Shown piece after piece: positions 19,401 to 27,539 of a stretch of DNA of 64,000 nt (its first letter is position 1; the number at the start of each line of letters is the position of its first letter). Position numbers and translations under genes: made by a program. The stretch is from a virus (lineage: Duplodnaviria; Heunggongvirae; Uroviricota; Caudoviricetes), in the IMG/VR virus record IMGVR_UViG_3300033143_002710. The stretch is one strand, 5' to 3'. Below the pieces are notes generated by a model that worked only from the letters and a program-made list of their open reading frames with translations, ran no database searches and was not told the origin of the DNA.

Positions 19401-20803
19401 CGAATCTTTGGATCGGTCGATTCAACAGTGGTTCGTCTTACGCGAATGTCATAGGTGTCCTGGTCAAGATCGGGACTGTAAAAACTGAATCTTACCGCAC
19501 TTGTTTGCGCTTTCGTTATGATGGTTGATTTTCCATAGACCGCCTTGTGCTTAACAAAGCCAACTACATTTTCATCCACATCAAAGATAAACTCTCTATT
19601 GTGACTGCCTGCTACATGTATATGATCTCCGGCATCACGAAAAGTCGTTCTGTCTTCATACGGAACGCTCGATGTGACATTTCCATCGGCGTCATAAACA
19701 TTGTACGGATAATATCTGTACCACTCATCTACATCTGATACAAAACCCTGGTCCTTTAATGTGGTCCAGATAGTCGGCTCACTAACTTTTTTATATTCTA
19801 TTTCGAATATGACCTGGACCACTGATCTGGTTCCGTCATCATTATATTGAACCAAACCTTGTGGCGCAACAAAGTCCAGCCTGAACGCATCTATTGTGCC
19901 TGTTGTTCTTGTTTGAAATGTGTCCGTTACAGATGTGGCTACAGATATTGGACTGACGGTATTTCCGAACCATTCAATTATGTTATCGTTGTCGGTGTCT
20001 CCAAGACGTATTTTCACCTCTGCATCTAAAAATCCAGCTATGTCCTGTTCATTAAGCTCTATGTCACTTATGCCTGCGCTAACACCTTCGCCCGCATTCA
20101 ACAGTAGATAAAGATATTGAGCGCCAGCCTGGTTTCTGGTGTGGAAATTTATGATATTTCCGGCCATTCTAAAGGGGCCGTAACAAACTGGAAGTGGGGT
20201 GCCTTCATCAGAAGTATTTTTTGCTCCGTCGATACCATAGGTTTTGGAATCTTCAAAGCTACTTGATCCTCCCAAAGCATCTGGAGCTATTGGCGGTAAT
20301 ATTGCATTTACAAGTAGAGAGCCTGCTATTACGAACGCAATCTCAATTGCGCTCGTGGCAAATGTCCCAAACTCAAACGCCCCTGCAAACTCTGGAGCGT
20401 AAATGGTAATAACAACCATAAGAACTAGACGCAATATCGCTTTACTATCGTTCTCGTCTCCACCGCCCGGAACTTCAAAAATAACAACCACATCGCCTTT
20501 GGCTATGAGACTGTCCTTCCAATCTTCCTTTGGAATTATGTCGCCGTTTATACTAGCTACTATAACCTCGTCGGGTAACTCTCGAGCCTTCTTGGATATC
20601 ACATCAAAAATAGAAAGTCGCTCTCCTACTTTCTTAAATTCGTGGGTATGTTTGGTGTTGTCAAACGGATTTGTGGAATATATGACGCGAGCCATACCTT
20701 CAGGAATTGGGGCAACCCTGAGTTTGGCGTTCGACTTTAATTCTGCTTTACAGAGGCTCATAATATCCCAATACTCTACGTTCCCAAATTCGCAGGTACT
20801 CAA
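13415..20803 (-). CDS. central tail fibre / host-specificity protein (lambda gpJ-like) with an N-terminal gpI-like region, ~9 internal repeat modules and collagen-like linkers
   Basis: 2462-aa ORF. The N-terminal ~230 aa resemble tail assembly protein I (EGMARVIY..., a hydrophobic segment, PLPVCYGPFRMAG). gpJ-like regions follow. The central part contains ~90-aa modules (YTFATG..NGW..P.AG..LW...TDD/S) separated by (G-X-D)n triplets such as GTDGTDGTDG and GADGADGADG. A distinct C-terminal domain follows. Confidence 0.9.
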   Translation of the reverse strand: MSTCEFGNVEYWDIMSLCKAELKSNAKLRVAPIPEGMARVIYSTNPFDNTKHTHEFKKVGERLSIFDVISKKARELPDEVIVASINGDIIPKEDWKDSLIAKGDVVVIFEVPGGGDENDSKAILRLVLMVVITIYAPEFAGAFEFGTFATSAIEIAFVIAGSLLVNAILPPIAPDALGGSSSFEDSKTYGIDGAKNTSDEGTPLPVCYGPFRMAGNIINFHTRNQAGAQYLYLLLNAGEGVSAGISDIELNEQDIAGFLDAEVKIRLGDTDNDNIIEWFGNTVSPISVATSVTDTFQTRTTGTIDAFRLDFVAPQGLVQYNDDGTRSVVQVIFEIEYKKVSEPTIWTTLKDQGFVSDVDEWYRYYPYNVYDADGNVTSSVPYEDRTTFRDAGDHIHVAGSHNREFIFDVDENVVGFVKHKAVYGKSTIITKAQTSAVRFSFYSPDLDQDTYDIRVRRTTVESTDPKIRDAITWTDLNEIVNDTVTYKHTALLGLKIRLTDQLSSFPTVTYLNSGRVIKFWDSINKVWSSGPSKNPAWVVYDALTNQRFGGSVDESRIDIDAWIEWGEYCDAEGLTFQGVFDTASNLWDASMHIFRAGHARPIKMGTKYSVAIDRAIAPSQMFTVGNIIKGSFNQKWLSLSDRANEVELHYFDESDRFKRRTIKVYDALSVTGAAQNTASATMYGIVDKTRAAEEATYMLLNNRYLKSVVTFKSPMEAIAVVVGDVFALQHDQPEWSVGGRFVSGSTTTSMEVDREITFDGAKSYKFMARFDYLVRDVATITDITGRKITLSGYAGATNINRCWLTADHTVDVRITRVDTDTIWVDDVSGLSVTDSLDLIETDAIEIRDVVAATSGDLTTIPLNSALDSAPSEHFIYMVGEDTIMESEWRVTKLDINKNLEVTITGATYDEQIYDWTPLTVQPEPDTGQSRIVPHVINLDAVEGSVSIGGILRPVIDISWDLPENFENYAGVLVELNIGGGGYEFAKIQRGGLSTTVEVSLNDAADVRVVAMSSDGRFALNSTAPEITGLTMTGDVIAPGVPTSAAISIGTVGLQVSWVNPVDSDFAGCDIKRNTTDDEPGATIIFTTDKLQVSYEDVQATIAANSYFYWIRAVDSNGNSSAWVATTPTDLQPIEFVDGYNTATLIAYKRSASAPTDDPGVSITYTFATADWTPGNGWSKTMPAGSDPLYALSATAFSTEETDDVLSADWSAPALILQDGADGGDGLNVATAYIYQRTATDSAPSVPSVTATLTFATGAITGLDNGWTDTVPAAGSNPFLWVTLATASAATATDDILTGEWQTPQHLAEDGADGTPGSPGSDGFNTATLTAFKRAAVAPTDDPGVSITYTFSTADWTPGNSWSKTIPAGSDPLYALSATARSQATTDDVLSADWSAPVLILQDGADGADGADGDAGLNVATAYIYQRTATDSAPSVPSVTATFTFSTGNITGLDNGWTDTVPAAGSNPFLWVTLATASAAAATDDILTGEWQTPQHLAEDGADGATGGDGSDGLNNATVYLYNKNTSDVTPPSAFSGTFTYTFATAILSGGTPNGWTQDPPTVAAGEFLWVRQAVASADTATDSVPTADFAAAVVSSGTGTDGTDGTDGTDGTDGLNVATVYIYQRTATDSAPTLPTTASATYTFATGALDALDNGWTSTIPAAGTDDFLWASFATASNTAATDEILAAEWQAAQKLAETGDTGDTGGDGTDGLNNATVTLFASNTSGVTPPSAFSGTFTYTFATGVLSGGTPNGWSQTAPTLAAGDYLWQRQAPASSNTATDSVPTADFNAAQVVGIGGADGGDGADGADGDAGLNNATVTLFASNTDGGTPPSAFSGTFTYTFSTGVLSGGTLNGWTQNAPTLAAGDYLWQRQAVASSNTATDSVPTADFNAAQVVGIGGADGVAGVDGLVVAAVRFNTKTFTVASSPGDMYIHGFNSGTPADVPGSLLFDGVAVAIPNAYITTSQLENQGFLVFDTAELGAFTTTAPLGASTDMAACRMQSSATIGTVQWQYDNNTEWVNFTPTTEHIVIGTYNASAANLIANATITSPMTLSSQHITAGRIEIADLSSLAAIIGQLDTRTPGADANASPRLRLSDTNSPIQVFRPDDDTTVLFGLTEDGNGDLVMTLLGDFSPDSLNTANAYSQTGISALALRLGLSGGGQGGHVSFATPVDVTAGPATKALTIGTSITSAGQDILLNFQFVDDDSGFGIGGKVRALWTIKWQVNIDSGGWNDVAGASYNFTGVYEEYVDPQEEEIEYWSHTLNATRSFNYSSTVADSVYEFRISYEKTAGSLFDPKFTVANADEASAADISPASKPGFFVGAGSLALSGSTTWKTMDLTTEVYDPDANYTISADVVTISSPGYYEITYNFNYHPTGGATNDSIGCRVTKNGTTTVLSGSQSRQLIYKANTRPASVTSTFIALFVANDTIRLQQNDESGTTGNQVGTSTSLTIKKIRNT

Positions 20804-21128
20804 TTGTCACACCGCCTGTTGATTTAGTGGTGTGAATAAATTTTTTGTAAGGCAATAAAAAACCAACATGCATCGACATTGGCAGTTTAATTAAAATGGT
20901 GCAGCCAGGCTTAGGCTCTACCTCAACCCACTCATTTACCTTACCCATCATCATAGCAATAATCTCCGCACCTTGCGAAGACGATCCGTAATCTGCTATA
21001 TCAATGCCGATCCTTTTGTGCATTTCCATCAGTAAACCGTAGCAATCAAATGTCTCAGGGCCACGACCGCCATACTCAAATGGAGCGCCGATCAGATCAC
21101 AAAACTCAACATCTTGCGCGCTAACCAT
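20748..21128 (-). CDS. tail tip protein with NlpC/P60 peptidase fold (lambda gpK-like, MPN domain not seen)
   Basis: Catalytic-like FDCYGL and MHVGFL motifs. Positioned between the L-like and J-like genes. Confidence 0.7.
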   Translation of the reverse strand: MVSAQDVEFCDLIGAPFEYGGRGPETFDCYGLLMEMHKRIGIDIADYGSSSQGAEIIAMMMGKVNEWVEVEPKPGCTILIKLPMSMHVGFLLPYKKFIHTTKSTGGVTIEYLRIWERRVLGYYEPL

Positions 21129-21789
21129 ATCTTATTCCAGTTCCTTTGAGACCTGGATAGCCTCCAAAATTCGGAGCGTTTGAGTGAAACCCACATCCAT
21201 TTGCACCCTGCAATGTAAGATCGCAAGATGATTCAACACCAACATAGCCGCACTCATCAGATTTATATCTCCATCGACACCTGTCACGCATCTGTGAGCT
21301 ATTTGGAAATCGTCTGGCTAGAATATTTTCCGCACCCAACTGGAAATTAACAACATAATCATTTGCAGACGAACCGATGATCTCAAAAATTTCCTCTAGC
21401 TCTGGCTCCTCAGATAAATTATCGGAATTCACAACTCTCATAATGACAGTCGATCCGGTTGCTCCGGAGTATTCATTCATCTTGTTCAACAGAATCTTTT
21501 GGAAGTCTTGCGCGGTTAATGAAATCTGCGGAACCCCGCCAGCCTCGTGCTTCATTTTGATATCGAACGGATACGCTTGGTAAATATTGGAATCGTAGGT
21601 TATATCTTCATTGTTGTTGACTACGTATTCCGTCTCGACAACAAGACCTGTATTTGTGTCAACAAATTGAACCTCCAGCAACACCAGCCATGCATTGGCC
21701 GAAGCTATCTTGTTTTTTTCAACCGCGTTTACTACTGAAAATGACTTTGACACTATACTTGCTCCAGTGTAATGTCCGTTATCTCCCAA
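21121..21789 (-). CDS. minor tail protein, lambda gpL-like
   Basis: The C-terminus CRWRYKSDECGYVGVESSCDLTLQGANGCGFHSNAPNFGGY matches the gpL Fe-S cysteine/DECGY/NFGG region. Confidence 0.8.
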   Translation of the reverse strand: MGDNGHYTGASIVSKSFSVVNAVEKNKIASANAWLVLLEVQFVDTNTGLVVETEYVVNNNEDITYDSNIYQAYPFDIKMKHEAGGVPQISLTAQDFQKILLNKMNEYSGATGSTVIMRVVNSDNLSEEPELEEIFEIIGSSANDYVVNFQLGAENILARRFPNSSQMRDRCRWRYKSDECGYVGVESSCDLTLQGANGCGFHSNAPNFGGYPGLKGTGIRYG

Positions 21790-22118
21790 CGTCTCAATGC
21801 GGCCATACCAACGTACTTAATTTTTGGCTGACTCATAAACCTTACGGTGTACGTTGTTGCGTCTGCTGGATTGAGATATGTGAATGACGCCGAACCTCCC
21901 ATTTTCGCGTCCCAGAAGTCGGCAAAACTGTCCTTTTGAGCGTCTGTTAAATCCGAGAAGCCCGTTGTCCATGTTTTCCTGGGCAAGCGAGTATAGCGAG
22001 ATCGACTGACGGTATAGCCACCTTCAACCTCTGCCATTTTTGCCGGGTTTGCTTGAGCCACGCCAAAATACTTAGAGTTTTCAAGTCCCGCTAGTGCTAC
22101 TGTTGGAAAATCTGCCAT
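21753..22118 (-). CDS. minor tail protein, lambda gpM-like
   Basis: Size and position match. The C-terminal pattern GGSASFTY...EQV resembles gpM. Confidence 0.6.
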   Translation of the reverse strand: MADFPTVALAGLENSKYFGVAQANPAKMAEVEGGYTVSRSRYTRLPRKTWTTGFSDLTDAQKDSFADFWDAKMGGSASFTYLNPADATTYTVRFMSQPKIKYVGMAALRRWEITDITLEQV

Positions 22119-22131
22119 TATCGTTTCCTAA

Positions 22132-25100
22132 TTATCTCGTTGCTGACTTTAGTCCGTCACGAAAACCGCCTGGTCGACCAGCCGCCTTAAGTACAACATC
22201 AAGAACATAACTCTCTCCGTCAAATTCAATTCCGCCGCTCTCTTCAGCGTCGACAGGAACCCCAGACTCATTTATAACATTCACGGTTACGTCCGGCATT
22301 TGACCGCCCCCGCGTCCGCCGCTTATCGAAACGGGTATACTTCTACCATCAGGCAACGGAACATACGCCTCATTCATATCGCCCTCACCGAATACAGATA
22401 TCTGAGGTTTGGTTGCTATACCCCCTCTAGCATATTGTTTGATGGGGCCGTTTGAAGACATAACCCCTCCAAGAGCAAACATACCAGCAAACGGATTAAA
22501 GCCATCACCGCTTCCGTCAAGACTGCTTGTGTTTATACCTGAATTGGTTGTTCCAGTTGTTCCACCTATCGAAGCCATGACAGCGCGAACAACCAAGGCC
22601 CTCAGAAGAATCTTCAAAAGATCGGAAAGAAGCGACTTTGCAAAATCCTTGAATGCGAATTTTCCTTCCGCTATTCCATCAACAAATGTATCGACGAAGT
22701 TACTCATCCAGTCCGCATAAGACGCCTCCAGTTTACCTCTGGTGTCCTCCCAATCTTTCAACATACGTCGCAAAGGGGTCGTGTCTTCGAACGCCTCCGC
22801 TCTCTTCACACGAAGCTCCTCGTAAAGACGAGTCATCTCCTGTATATTTTCCGCCTGTGCGTTTTCCAAAAGAAACGACTCTACTTGCTGGTCGAACAAT
22901 ATCTGCTCTGCCTTAAATCTGTCTCTGGCATTTTGAATTCCAGCTACATCTAGCTCCTCTATTTCCCTTCTGATTTTCAGTATTTCTTTATCTATACTTG
23001 TAGACGCCTGCACCGAAAGCAACTCGTCTCTCAGGGCAATCATCTTCTCCATTTCATCACTGCCCTCTTCGATACCAATCGCAATACTTGCAAATAGCAT
23101 ACGTATCTTTCGAAGACTACGACCTGGAACCTCACTGAGATTCTTACCAACTGCGTCTGCAAATATAAGGGCCTCTTCTTTTGCCTTTGCCAGAGTTGCT
23201 GTTGCCGATTTCATTGCCGACTCGAACGACTTTTTGGCCTTTACTTCGTCACTCAGTTTGTCAATCTCGAAAAGAAGAGGGATTATTTCTCTCATCGCCT
23301 GCTTCATTTCCTCACTCCATTCGGAAACATTCCCGAAAATCTTACCGGAGTTTACTTTAGCTATGAAGCTTGCCAGCCTTGTGCCTTGCTCTAGCAATTC
23401 GGCATTAAGACTTGCCACTTTCCCTTTTGAGTTGCCGATGATTGTGTTAAGAGATGACGTATAGCCTTCCATCGCCTTTTTCGCTGCGGACATAAGAACT
23501 GTCCCCGACGCTATATGCGCAAGATCATTCGCAACCCTTAGATTTTCAGACCTTGCCACATTTGCAATTTCAATAAGAGCGGCTATCGCCGTTTCCTTTT
23601 TAACTTCCCAGTCCGACCTGTCTTTCTCATTTAGCTCACCTCGCATAGCGAAGTCTGCATTATTGATAATGTCTCTGGCTTCGGACGCCTTTTTTACTGC
23701 AAGCGCGGTCTGAGCAGTCTGAAACTCCTCCCAATTAGCAAGACGCTCCTTGAGTCTTTGTTTTGCGTCTATCTCGCCCTTTTCAAATCTAGTATCGATT
23801 TCAGAATCGTTAGATCGAGCCAGATTTCTAGCCTCTTCGAGACTATCTCTAAACGCCCCCATCATCTCTCTTCTGGCCGCACCCGCTCTTCTTCTTGCAG
23901 CACCTTCGGTTGCGTCAGATATTACCTTTTCTGTTTCGGCTAAATTCTTTTCTAAATTAGCCACCATACCTCTTTGGGCTGCTATCGAGTCCTCGAGTAT
24001 CTTCGCTGTTGATTTCTGACCTGTATCGTTTGCAGCCTTAAGACTGCCGATCATACTATTCAGAATCCTTTTCTGTTCTGCTACTCGTTTTCTACCTACC
24101 ATCACTTCTGTTTTGGCAAGATTAATGCTGGCCTCAGACGCTGCCTCGCCATACTTTCTTACCTGTTCGATACCTGTTTCTGTCGCCTCATTAACCGACT
24201 TCGAAGCTCTCCACCATCCCCAAAGTGCGGCAGCAACAGACAGTATGATGCCGATAATACTTGACAGTCTTAGCGCCTTGAGTGCCTTGCCGACCATTCC
24301 TACGCTACCACCCAGCAATCTCATTGCTGCCGCTGCCTTTGCTGTTTTTCCAAATAGCGGCGCTAGACCCGCCACTGCCAACAATGACAGTGTTCTCGTC
24401 ATCTGCCTCAATACTACGTTGGTTAGCATAAGGGCTTTTAATATTCCCATAGCCTTCCAAGCACCCCAAGCAGCTACGACCTTCCATATCATCTTTGAAT
24501 GTTCACTCAGCCACGTAACCGACTTTCTAATGGCGTCGACCAGAAGCACGAATGCTTTGACCATGCCGCTGGCAATATCAATGCCGAATCGACGAACGGC
24601 TGGATCATCCAACTGCTCGATCAAAAGTTTGACTTCACCCTTGACCGCCTCAAACAACCCACTGGCCTCGCCCATCTCCTTCAACGTCAACTGCCAGACC
24701 GTAGACAGTCGAGCCAGGGAGCCTATGTACGTCTCCATAAGTCTTTGTGATGCGCCACCAAACGTAAGGTCAAACTCTGCGAACAGCTTCTGTAGAGCCG
24801 GTTTTGCTACAACAGCACCCTTTGAAATGGCATCCACCATATCGCCAACGGACATGTTCATACCACGCGCCAGTAGTACCATCGCCTGTGGAACTGCTTC
24901 ACCCATCTGCTGGCGAAGCTCCTCCATGCTTATAACGCCCTTACCAGCCATCTGCTGGACTGCAATGGTCGCTCGATGCAAGATGTCACCAGTACCACCA
25001 AAAGCTGATACAGCGTCAACCAGAGCGTTTAGAGAGCCAGTAGCTGGGTCGACTCCAACAGATTTGAACTTGACCCACGAACTTGTGAGTTCCTTGACTG

Positions 25101-25497
25101 CAAACGGGGCATTCTTGGCCAGGTCAATTACCTGGTTGAATTGGTCCGCCGCGTCAGTCATCTTCTCCATAGCGGTGACGCCCTTGCTCATTCCAGTAAG
25201 CAGAACGTTCAGTCGTTCGAATTCGGCGGTGACATCGACAATGCCCTGAACCAGACCGCCTGACACTCGCCATGCGGTTCTCAGGGCGTCTCGCAAAAGA
25301 CCAAGGGTGACTACGGTGTGTCGAAATGAGGTACTGAGATTGCGAACGTTCTTTTCGTGGCGCTTAACCTTTCTGTCGGCCTTTCCGACCACAGTTGAAA
25401 ACGCTTTTAGAGCTTCTTTTGAACCACGGATTCTGGCCTCGAAATTCTTCGAATCCAGGGTCAGTTCGACCTCTAACTTGGAAATTGTAGTTGCCAC
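22132..25497 (-). CDS. tail tape measure protein
   Basis: 1121 aa, largely coiled-coil/alpha-helical, with internal hydrophobic segments and a C-terminal GGV...YARGGI...PLPDGRSIPV region typical of tape measure proteins. Confidence 0.9.
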   Translation of the reverse strand: MATTISKLEVELTLDSKNFEARIRGSKEALKAFSTVVGKADRKVKRHEKNVRNLSTSFRHTVVTLGLLRDALRTAWRVSGGLVQGIVDVTAEFERLNVLLTGMSKGVTAMEKMTDAADQFNQVIDLAKNAPFAVKELTSSWVKFKSVGVDPATGSLNALVDAVSAFGGTGDILHRATIAVQQMAGKGVISMEELRQQMGEAVPQAMVLLARGMNMSVGDMVDAISKGAVVAKPALQKLFAEFDLTFGGASQRLMETYIGSLARLSTVWQLTLKEMGEASGLFEAVKGEVKLLIEQLDDPAVRRFGIDIASGMVKAFVLLVDAIRKSVTWLSEHSKMIWKVVAAWGAWKAMGILKALMLTNVVLRQMTRTLSLLAVAGLAPLFGKTAKAAAAMRLLGGSVGMVGKALKALRLSSIIGIILSVAAALWGWWRASKSVNEATETGIEQVRKYGEAASEASINLAKTEVMVGRKRVAEQKRILNSMIGSLKAANDTGQKSTAKILEDSIAAQRGMVANLEKNLAETEKVISDATEGAARRRAGAARREMMGAFRDSLEEARNLARSNDSEIDTRFEKGEIDAKQRLKERLANWEEFQTAQTALAVKKASEARDIINNADFAMRGELNEKDRSDWEVKKETAIAALIEIANVARSENLRVANDLAHIASGTVLMSAAKKAMEGYTSSLNTIIGNSKGKVASLNAELLEQGTRLASFIAKVNSGKIFGNVSEWSEEMKQAMREIIPLLFEIDKLSDEVKAKKSFESAMKSATATLAKAKEEALIFADAVGKNLSEVPGRSLRKIRMLFASIAIGIEEGSDEMEKMIALRDELLSVQASTSIDKEILKIRREIEELDVAGIQNARDRFKAEQILFDQQVESFLLENAQAENIQEMTRLYEELRVKRAEAFEDTTPLRRMLKDWEDTRGKLEASYADWMSNFVDTFVDGIAEGKFAFKDFAKSLLSDLLKILLRALVVRAVMASIGGTTGTTNSGINTSSLDGSGDGFNPFAGMFALGGVMSSNGPIKQYARGGIATKPQISVFGEGDMNEAYVPLPDGRSIPVSISGGRGGGQMPDVTVNVINESGVPVDAEESGGIEFDGESYVLDVVLKAAGRPGGFRDGLKSATR

Positions 25498-25502
25498 CTA
25501 AG

Positions 25503-25844
25503 CTACCTTATTTGCACCATGTCTCTCAAGCCAGCAAGACCTTCGCTGTCCAACTTAGGCGCTTCGAGAGCAATAACTCCAATCTGCTGCTTGAGGCGTT
25601 CGTGCATATCTTCGTATCCGTCCTTACTCCCAGATGCGACCATCAAATCAAGAGTTTGGATACTGCCCGTTGCCTCTATTCTCGATACGTTCTTGTCAAA
25701 CAACCAGAACCGCTTTACTGGCATCGATAGGACTTCGTTTGGAGAGAGTGAGTATGTGCTGCAAACCCTGCAAAACAAAAATCCAAAATCTATTGTTACT
25801 GGTCCGTCGAGGTCTTCTCCTCCGGCTCCAGTATTACTTTTCCC
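25503..25844 (-). CDS. tail assembly chaperone frameshift extension (gpT-like; G-T fusion via -1 frameshift)
   Basis: The -1 frame is open from the slippery site through the 25503..25778 ORF (manual translation GKSNTGAGGEDLDGPVTIDFGFLFCRV...). Confidence 0.7.
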   Translation of the reverse strand, partial: GKSNTGAGGEDLDGPVTIDFGFLFCRVCSTYSLSPNEVLSMPVKRFWLFDKNVSRIEATGSIQTLDLMVASGSKDGYEDMHERLKQQIGVIALEAPKLDSEGLAGLRDMVQIR

Positions 25845-26215
25845 TCTTCTGCGGCCTCTGCGATTGCCGCTTCAGCGCCTTCAGCGCCCAACTGACCGGT
25901 AAACTTAATCAGAGCCGTCAGCTTGACGATTGGAAGAGCTTCTATTTCCTTTCGAGGACATGTCGGGAACTGTCGACTAAGAACCTCGATCATACTTTGC
26001 ATGACCTTCTCGTAACCCTCGTTGTCCATATCACTCGGGTCTAGTTTGGATTGTTCACCGGATAACTTCTGCGCCCACACAAAATCCGCAACTGACATCT
26101 CCGCCATCTCATGCTTGTTGCCGTTTATTAAGATAGAGACTGCGACCTCTGGTGCGAGTGCATCAAGATCAAGAAAACGAGCTTCGGTCTGGGTATTTTT
26201 GGTGGGTTTGGTCAT
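25796..26215 (-). CDS. tail assembly chaperone (gpG-like)
   Basis: 139-aa acidic protein directly upstream of the tape measure gene. A slippery heptamer lies 13 codons before its stop. Confidence 0.75.
   Translation of the reverse strand: MTKPTKNTQTEARFLDLDALAPEVAVSILINGNKHEMAEMSVADFVWAQKLSGEQSKLDPSDMDNEGYEKVMQSMIEVLSRQFPTCPRKEIEALPIVKLTALIKFTGQLGAEGAEAAIAEAAEEGKVILEPEEKTSTDQ
25838..25844 (-). promoter_or_regulatory. programmed -1 ribosomal frameshift slippery heptamer GGGAAAA (G GGA AAA in the G frame)
   Basis: Seen directly. The plus-strand TTTTCCC at 25838..25844 reads GGGAAAA on the minus strand, in phase with the gpG-like codons GAG GGA AAA. Confidence 0.7.
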
Positions 26216-26246
26216 TTTGGTACTCCCTCTAAAGAGTCAATAAATA

Positions 26247-26272
26247 GTGGCGGCCCCTTCTGGAGCCGCCAC
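26247..26272 (-). terminator. stem-loop between major tail and chaperone genes (partial terminator/attenuator)
   Basis: GTGGCGGC-10nt-GCCGCCAC 8-bp stem, followed on the minus strand by TATTTATTG and then a GGGAG RBS. Confidence 0.45.
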
Positions 26273-26302
26273 CGCTTTTACTTTCGTTCGACAATCAGTC
26301 TA

Positions 26303-27109
26303 TTACGCTGATGTGTCTCCGACTTGGAACAACAGTCCACCCTGGGTGTCATCAGGATAAGCGTTGAACTCGACATTGTAAATCCGCTCCTCGTCCAGCT
26401 TGAAGCTGAATGTCAAGGCACCGCCAGTTGCAGCCAGTGGAACCGTAAAGTCTTCGTTCAAATCTGCGCCAGCCGAAACTGGATGCAGTTTGAGTGTGGA
26501 CGCCAGAGCCAGGAGATCGGCCGAGATGTTCGTGGTGACATCGACGCGCTTGCTGCCAGAAGCAGAAGGTGTCGTATCGGTAACCGTATCGAATGCACCA
26601 GGGCTGTCCGTTGCTTCGATTGCAATGTAAGACTTTCCTGAAACTCGAGCCGTCAAAATCAGATCGTCGGCGGGTGCTGTTGCGTCCATCGCACGAGCCG
26701 GATCAGCGTTGACCACAGCTAACAGTCCATTGGCCAGATCAGCAGGAACGGTACTTGTCGTCAAAAACTCGTAATCGACGCCATTTACGGTGATTCTGTA
26801 GATGGTCGCGTCGACCGGCAGGGCTTCAACGAAAGTCGTAACCTGCTTGGTTGCGTTATCGATGAATGTGTTGCCCGGCATGATATCCTTGAGAATTTCA
26901 AGGGTCGTCTCAGCCAGTGGACAACGAACCACACACGTTCGAGCGGTAATGTATTCTTTGATTGGAGTGTTGCCGAATTGATCGATCATCGACTTGTACG
27001 TTTCGGTGGCTACTTCAACCTCGACACCGCCCTTGGTGTAACCCAGGTCGACACCGCCGAAAACGATAGTGCAAATGCCGAGCTTGACATTGGTTGTGGA
27101 TGACGACAT
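26303..27109 (-). CDS. major tail protein (gpV-like, with probable C-terminal Ig-like extension)
   Basis: 268 aa in the position of the major tail protein between the U-like and G-like genes. Beta-rich. A stem-loop lies downstream. Confidence 0.7.
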   Translation of the reverse strand: MSSSTTNVKLGICTIVFGGVDLGYTKGGVEVEVATETYKSMIDQFGNTPIKEYITARTCVVRCPLAETTLEILKDIMPGNTFIDNATKQVTTFVEALPVDATIYRITVNGVDYEFLTTSTVPADLANGLLAVVNADPARAMDATAPADDLILTARVSGKSYIAIEATDSPGAFDTVTDTTPSASGSKRVDVTTNISADLLALASTLKLHPVSAGADLNEDFTVPLAATGGALTFSFKLDEERIYNVEFNAYPDDTQGGLLFQVGDTSA

Positions 27110-27125
27110 GCGTTGTATCTCCTAA

Positions 27126-27518
27126 CTAGGTGCAAAAATTGATATCGTAGATAACTAACAACTCAATGTAGTCACCCTCCGACACCGGAAAAACCATCGG
27201 AACTATGCGTGGTCGAATGAAGTTCACTGCAAGGCCACCATATACACCGCTTTCGTTGATCGTGAGGGCGGTCGACATAGCATTTGCGGTGGCTTCACCT
27301 TTCGCATGTTCTGTAGCCCTTACAATAGCATAAAATTCCGTCGAGAAATATCCCGGTAGCTCGTGATCGATGGGAGTTCCCAGCGGTGCGTCCTTCAGTA
27401 AGATGGCTGAATCCACCCTATCTGGCATCTGATACACGAAAATATCCTTCCCAGCACCGGTGTAGTTACCCAATCCGGAGTCTTGTAAATGTTGTGCGAT
27501 GTTCAGTAAGTAACTCAT
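27126..27518 (-). CDS. tail terminator protein (gpU-like by size and position)
   Basis: 130 aa directly upstream of the major tail gene. Confidence 0.55.
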   Translation of the reverse strand: MSYLLNIAQHLQDSGLGNYTGAGKDIFVYQMPDRVDSAILLKDAPLGTPIDHELPGYFSTEFYAIVRATEHAKGEATANAMSTALTINESGVYGGLAVNFIRPRIVPMVFPVSEGDYIELLVIYDINFCT

Positions 27519-27539
27519 TTTTAAGCCTTTATTGAAATT

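Noticed and set aside
24113-25249. 378-aa plus-strand ORF inside the tape-measure gene, and similar long antisense ORFs (2050..2760 opposite ligase, 39046..39819 opposite capsid, 38151..38900, 40542..41552)
   Set aside because: These are antisense to well-supported genes, have low-complexity Ser/Pro/Ala-rich translations and no RBS context. They are typical shadow ORFs.
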